From Paraspadella gotoi (Eukaryota > Animalia > Chaetognatha), in contig JBJCIZ010000146.1 in the NCBI GenBank assembly GCA_051294375.1, positions 1 through 10,458 on the forward strand: a DNA stretch of 10,458 nucleotides, in the 5' to 3' direction. Positions 8,501-10,458 of this stretch are shown here, one piece after another; positions within the stretch are counted from its first letter, which is position 1; each line of letters opens with the position of its first letter. Under the pieces are notes generated by a model. That model had not been told where the DNA came from, did no database searches, and saw only the letters and a program-made list of their open reading frames with translations. The translations under genes were made by a program, and so were the position numbers.

Positions 8501-9111
8501 ATGGGTAGCTACATATGTTTGGTGAAAGCAAAACCAATCAGAAGTTCGGATGGCCGGGGAAGAAGAAATGACCACCGTCTGGACCGTATTCATTGTGCAT
8601 GGTATTAAAATAGGTTGGGAGCCAACTTTCTGTTCTTTATTCTTTTATTCATTTTTATCTTTGTACTCGATGAATACCTCTAGTATAATCTTGTATAAAC
8701 ACTTCCCCTCTGTCACAGACAACAAACCAGTGGTGTCGCTTTTATATTACAAATGATACTGTTTTCGTTTTTCGCGAAGAAAACTCACTGTACCCCTTCC
8801 CACCTATGCTTAGAGTGTTCTCTCAATTTATCAGTCATTTGCGTCGCATTTTCGTTGTCAGCCTCGGATCTAAATTCGCGCGACCCGAGATCCGTGAAAA
8901 GGTAGCTGTGGTTGTGTGGGATAACAATATTGGGGAAACACTTGATAGTCGAATAAGTGATTTCGTATGCCGTCATAAAAGATGAAATAAAATGAAAGTA
9001 TTTTACACAAATTTAGATTATTTTATTTACATTTTTTTATTTATTTTCTCTCAAATGGTCCATTAACTCTTGACGCAGAGGGGAATTGTCGGCCCGGGGA
9101 TTTTTGACTAT

Positions 9112-9183
9112 ATTTTTCTCTCTCTCTCTCGGCTTCTCTCTCTCTCTACTCTCTCTTCCCACTCTCTCGTCTTTCTCTTTTCC
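9112..9183. repeat. Degenerate (TC)n microsatellite
   Basis: tttttctctctctctctcggcttctctctctctctactctctcttcccactctctcgtctttctcttttcc. Confidence 0.85.
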
Positions 9184-10458
9184 GGCTCTGACATGATATT
9201 TTCCATTGGCAAAACTAGACCAAACGAAAATTATAGGTCGTGCCGGGTGGGGTGGCCGCTCCTTCCAGACAACTTCTACTGGTAGTCTTCTGAGACTTCG
9301 TCCTTGGTCGGAGGCCTTTCCGTGCAGCTCGCCCTTCCAACAAGATCGCAAGAATAAAATTCTTGAGGGAGAGATAGGAACGAAAGAAAGAGTTGAGATG
9401 TATAAAATAATTTAAGGAGATGAGGGGAGTATATATTTCCAAAAATGGAGTAACATTTAAAAATTTTCTAAAAGGTCTTCCTCCCTCCCCCCGTGCGCGT
9501 GTTGTCCACCCTTGAAGAATAACTGTATTTGTCTATTATTTATTTTTGGATGTTCATTTTTTCTATTTGATAAATTTCCTAAATTTCTGGCTTTTGATTA
9601 ATTTTTAGAGTGGGTTGGAAGAAAAGTTTAAAGGTGGATTGTAATGCCAGATGGCTGAAGGAAGGCATCATGCGGGCGGCCCCCGAATGATAAAAGAAGA
9701 AACATAATATTACTAATTAAATATCAAAAGGCGATCAGTTGCGCTGATATACATGTATATAATAAGTGTACTATAATTTATGGATTGTATGATATAGGAG
9801 ATGGGACTCAGGTTATGAAATAATATTATTATTTGTTACTCTATATCTTCAGTGATGATAGTGCTCGCGCTGCCTTTCTAGTTTACCTAGAGTTATTACA
9901 ATAGCTAATAACTAAATACAAATAGAACATCAATTTATTCATAAAAAATTATTATTATAATATAATTAGTTTATTATAATACAAAACTATTCAACACTTA
10001 ATACATTGAGCAAGGACTTCAGAAGATATGGGAACTCTAACATAGAGAGTTACTTCCCTTGATCCAAGCTGACCATTGATTTCACCTATTGAATAATAAA
10101 GTATTTATGTGTTATGAAAAGGTCAAGCCAGGACTAGAGATAAATCTCAATCATTAATGACATACAATAATCTATCAAATCATGACAAAATTATCCAATG
10201 AATCAAAAATTAAACTACTAAACAATATAAGAAAAAGTAATATTAAAATCCAAATATATGCCTTAAAAATATTAAACTAGATAACAAACAGAAATCAATT
10301 GGAACATTAGAAATTAGATTTTACTTTTGGAAAACTAAAAATAAATGGCAAAATGTACAGACTTGAACATGAATCTCAATACTCAATTTTCCTGAGAGTA
10401 TTTGTTCTTTAAGGAACATGTATCTTTTCTTACCTATCGTCTTTCATTACCTTACATC

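Noticed and set aside
6564-9442. Short 60-104 aa ORFs in the right half
   Set aside because: Lengths are at chance level with no motifs, and several derive from TC/GA microsatellite sequence.
9859-9882. Helitron-like 3' end (GC hairpin then CTAG|T) at the right CpG boundary
   Set aside because: The stem is short and relies on G-T pairs, there is no A|TC start at the left boundary and no Rep/helicase ORF.

Overview
Eukaryotic-looking, mostly non-coding DNA (microsatellites, GT-AG splice signals, no operon or RNA gene). The only recognisable protein is a Ty3/Gypsy-type retrotransposon Gag at 1039-2101 (+), broken by three small frameshifts. It is followed by about 570 nt of non-coding DNA with a tandem repeat, two AGGA-loop hairpins and a polypurine tract (PPT) at 2668-2680. 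No protease, RT or integrase is visible, so this looks like a gag-only non-autonomous LTR element whose 3' LTR is missing. At the PPT the sequence switches from CpG-poor to CpG-rich (~2690-9870) and then back. The central block has good intron-like signals (4041-4125, 4547-4672), low-complexity purine/pyrimidine tracts and a G-quadruplex motif, but no protein I recognise. Most ORFs in the supplied track look spurious. No database search was possible, so family assignments are by eye.
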